Assembly (NCBI GenBank): GCA_965200095.1
Contig: OZ241350.1
Location: 2,763,761-2,827,760 of the forward strand
From: Alphaproteobacteria bacterium
GTDB taxonomy: Bacteria; Pseudomonadota; Alphaproteobacteria; UBA7887
Direction: 5' to 3'
DNA length: 64,000 bases
In this document: positions 61,274 through 64,000 of the stretch, one piece after another
How the letters are laid out: each line of letters begins with the position of its first letter
Numbering within the stretch: the stretch's first letter is position 1
The notes under the pieces: generated by a model
Seen by the model: the letters and a program-made list of their open reading frames with translations, nothing else
What the model was told of the DNA's origin: nothing
The model's database searches: none
Position numbers and translations under genes: made by a program

Positions 61274-62824
61274 ATGCAAGTGGTTTTCAGACAGACGTTT
61301 CCGCTTGGGCGGTTTCACGCCAATCCGTGGCGCGTGTTTCCGTTCGAGGATCCTCACGGGGAGTGGCCGCCCAGTCCGTGGAGGTTGCTCCGCGCAATTC
61401 TGGCGAGATCCTACCAACTGGAGCGGGAATTGGGCGTTCCGTGCCAGACGTGGCGCGGTTCGCTTGTCAGGGCGTTCTGCACGAGTACGTTCCGCTGGTC
61501 CTTACCGCCGTTCAGTTGGCGAGGCCCCGGGATACGACAATACCAACCGGCGGACTTCGGATGGGAACCGGCCAGCCGAACGAAGAGGGTGGAAGGGCGC
61601 TTGGTGAACGGGAAAAAAATGTATCGCCCGACATTGGCGCGTGATAATTTCTGGGTAATCGATCACTCGGGAACGGATTCTTTATCTGGCGTAGTGTGGT
61701 GGATAATTGAAGGAGAACAGTGGTCTGAGGGAGACTTTGGCTGTGTTGACGCGAGTTTGGATCGCATGACCTACTTCGGACGGGCCGAAGCGATCACCGA
61801 GATTCGGCGCGTTGAGAATCTGCCGGAGAATATCCGGGTGAACTGCGTATTGGAGCCGAACCCGTCGTCGGGTTCGGTTCCGGTGCTGGCCCCGACAGCC
61901 GGCGCTACTCTGGAGCAGATACAGGCGATCACCGACGCCCCGTCAGTGAAGAAATCGACGGTGCCGCCCGGAGCTCGCTGGTTGCACGCAAGGCGTCCCA
62001 TCAGGCCGCAGGCGATTCGGCGGCGCTCAAGTCGGCAAATGAGAGAACCGGCGCGTGTTGTGCAATTCGCGGTTGGATCGCGAGTCAGTCCCCCGACAAA
62101 ATCAGTCGTCGTCCTGACCCAACGGTTTCGAGGGCGGGTGATTCGCGAATTTCTCGGGGGAAGTTGGCATCGGGCGAATATGGAAGAGCGGGAAGCAGCG
62201 CGTCTCCTCAGCGGGAAGGAGGCCGACGGGACACCGCTGCGAGATCACCAGCATCCGCATGCGCGGTTCGGAATTCTTTTCAACCGGGAGACCGGCAGGG
62301 CCGCGAGACTTCTTGTCTGGCGCAACCAGCCATTCACGGATGCCGAACAATGCGCCATTATGAACGCGGCCGAGCGGCCGCTCCCTCTCGCCTTTGCCAA
62401 ATCTGGCGGAAGGGATCCGTGGACCGTGCAGCTTTTGCCGCTGGATTCACGGGTGCCCCCTCCGATGGGCTTTGGCGAGCGGGCCTGCCGGCGTTGGGAG
62501 ACCGTCATACCCTATGTTCCGCCGCGCCACGCTTATGATCGCAAAGGCCGGGTCAGGCCAGGAGAATCACCCGAAGAGCAAATTCGTCTTGAATTGATTC
62601 GCTTGGGGTATGATACGGGCGGTTTGATGATCGAAGTGAACGATGAAGACGTCGAGTGGATACGGGTGCATAAACCTCAGCCTCTTCGAGACGAGCCGAC
62701 AAACACTGAAAGGATGGGATACCATATATCCCTTACGTTCGATGCGCCGGTTCGTGGTCCCATATCTCTCGGCCACTCGTCGCACTTTGGTCTTGGGTTA
62801 TTCATCGGTATGGAAGATAAATGA
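61274..62824 (+). CDS. csb2: Type I-G Cas5-Cas6 fusion (Csb2)
   Basis: FPLGRFHANPW..EWPPSPWRLLRAI, YFGRAE, WETVIPYVPP, C-terminal Cas6 G-loop GPISLGHSSHFGLGLF. Confidence 0.9.
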   Translation: MQVVFRQTFPLGRFHANPWRVFPFEDPHGEWPPSPWRLLRAILARSYQLERELGVPCQTWRGSLVRAFCTSTFRWSLPPFSWRGPGIRQYQPADFGWEPASRTKRVEGRLVNGKKMYRPTLARDNFWVIDHSGTDSLSGVVWWIIEGEQWSEGDFGCVDASLDRMTYFGRAEAITEIRRVENLPENIRVNCVLEPNPSSGSVPVLAPTAGATLEQIQAITDAPSVKKSTVPPGARWLHARRPIRPQAIRRRSSRQMREPARVVQFAVGSRVSPPTKSVVVLTQRFRGRVIREFLGGSWHRANMEEREAARLLSGKEADGTPLRDHQHPHARFGILFNRETGRAARLLVWRNQPFTDAEQCAIMNAAERPLPLAFAKSGGRDPWTVQLLPLDSRVPPPMGFGERACRRWETVIPYVPPRHAYDRKGRVRPGESPEEQIRLELIRLGYDTGGLMIEVNDEDVEWIRVHKPQPLRDEPTNTERMGYHISLTFDAPVRGPISLGHSSHFGLGLFIGMEDK

Positions 62825-62983
62825 TGATAGCAGAAATGTATTGGGTGGACCGTTTGGGGTTCTTATATTTGGATTTGACTCTCCGGGAGAGTATTGAGTT
62901 TCGTGGGGTTTTGTTCCGCGTAGCGGCCACCAGGCTGACGCGCGCTGCCCGGGAGGTCGATGCCCCTGAAGCTCCTGCCGGAA

Positions 62984-64000
62984 CTATTCGACCGCCTCCT
63001 TGCGTCCCTCGCCATACTCGACTGTGGATACGCCGCGCTCCTCGCATACGCGGCTGACGCACGCCTCCTTCCCGAACATCGCCGCACGGACGAAGTCGCC
63101 CCGGTCGAGATACTGGCGCGCGAGCTTCCGTTGCCGTTCCGACAGACGGTCGTCTTTCGCCCATCGCAACCGCTCCGCCAGCTTTCGCTGGAACAGACCG
63201 GAGGCGCCGCGCAGCGGATTGTCCAGCACGGGAAGGAAAGTGCGGATCCGACTCGCGGCGTCCCGCACATTGAGAGTGCGCTCGAGGAACGCTGCGTCCC
63301 TGAGGCAATTCGCCTTGTCCGCCGGCGCGCCATCCTCGATCAACAATGGCGCGAAGACGCCGTAATCTCCCGTCGCGTCGAATCTGTCCAGCGCGTCCAT
63401 CCAGCGCCGCACACGGACCGGGCCGTCGAGTTTCAGCACCGGAGTAAGACCCTCGCGGGTCATGTCGAGCGCTCCGTACCACAGACCCGCAACATTCAGC
63501 TTGCGGATGCGCTCCAGCATGAAGGCGGAGAGAAACCCGACCATGCCGAGATGGCGGAAGCCGTGTGTGAGATCGAAACTGACCGCGCCGTTCGGAACCG
63601 CCGCCGCAATGTCGCGCAGAATGGCGTATTGCTCCTCTTCGTTCTCGCCGAACGGGATGAGCCGCGGGCGGATGTCGCAGCCCACGCCCCGTTTCATCAA
63701 GGGCGCCGCCTTCTCGAGCAACGGCCCGTCGACGGCCCGAGCGACTTCCGCCTCGATCAATTCGAGGCGCGTCTCCTCTTCGTCGCCTTCTTCCGCCAGA
63801 TGTTCGACCAGCACGCTCCACTGGCTGCCGCGGGTCCCCAGGATGACGATGCCGTCGGGTCGGAGGCGCCGCGCCAGGGCCAGGCCGAAGAACGCCGTTT
63901 CGTCCCGGGTCCCGTCGGGGAACCGATACGTCGTCTTCCGATATCCGGTGTCCCGGCTCTCCCGGCTCCGTCCGAGAATGGTGACGAGGGTGTGGTTCAC
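62984..64000 (-). pseudogene. csx1: TIGR02221/Csx1-family CARF protein with premature stop; HEPN region lost
   Basis: TLVTILG..GYRKTTYRF, ILGTRGSQW, FDLTHGFRH, LWYGALDM, DRFDATGDY. TAG at 62984-62986 followed by in-frame FRQELQGHRPPGQRASAWWPLR. Start is at the window edge. Confidence 0.78.

Noticed and set aside
62900-62986. Programmed amber read-through (pyrrolysine or recoding) in csx1
   Set aside because: All other genes use standard stops, no pyl genes are in view, and read-through would still not restore a canonical HEPN motif.

Overview
GC-rich window, probably from an alphaproteobacterium (split pntA, yfgM-bamB-der, hemC-hemD, thiS-thiG fusion, Flp pilin); this assignment is inference from gene content. 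Most of the supplied ORF track is GC-rich shadow frames. Core metabolic blocks are interrupted by mobile DNA: an IS pile-up at 1-3.9 kb (IS1182, IS5 remnant, ISAs1), a second at 11.3-16.3 kb (truncated IS630, IS481, IS1380) and a transposase-free repeat element at 40.8-41.6 kb. Four things stand out. (1) A family of dRS3-like palindromes, ATTCCCGC-GAAA/TTTC-GCGGGAAT, in NIME-like arrays, with nine copies of an IS1182-type end motif (GAGCGTGTGAAGAAAT) joined just 3' of the palindrome tetraloop. (2) A divergent fccBA / soxXYZA sulfur cluster without soxB or soxCD, whose SoxY ends in VTLGACS instead of the canonical GGCGG arm. (3) A type I-G (I-U) interference operon (cas3-csx17-csb1-csb2) with no adaptation genes or array in the window, tail-to-tail with a TIGR02221/Csx1-family CARF gene broken by an in-frame TAG before its nuclease motif. 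(4) A eukaryote/Bacteroidetes-like HisRS. No rRNA, tRNA or CRISPR array was recognised. All family assignments are from motif recognition by eye, not database searches; start codons were chosen manually.
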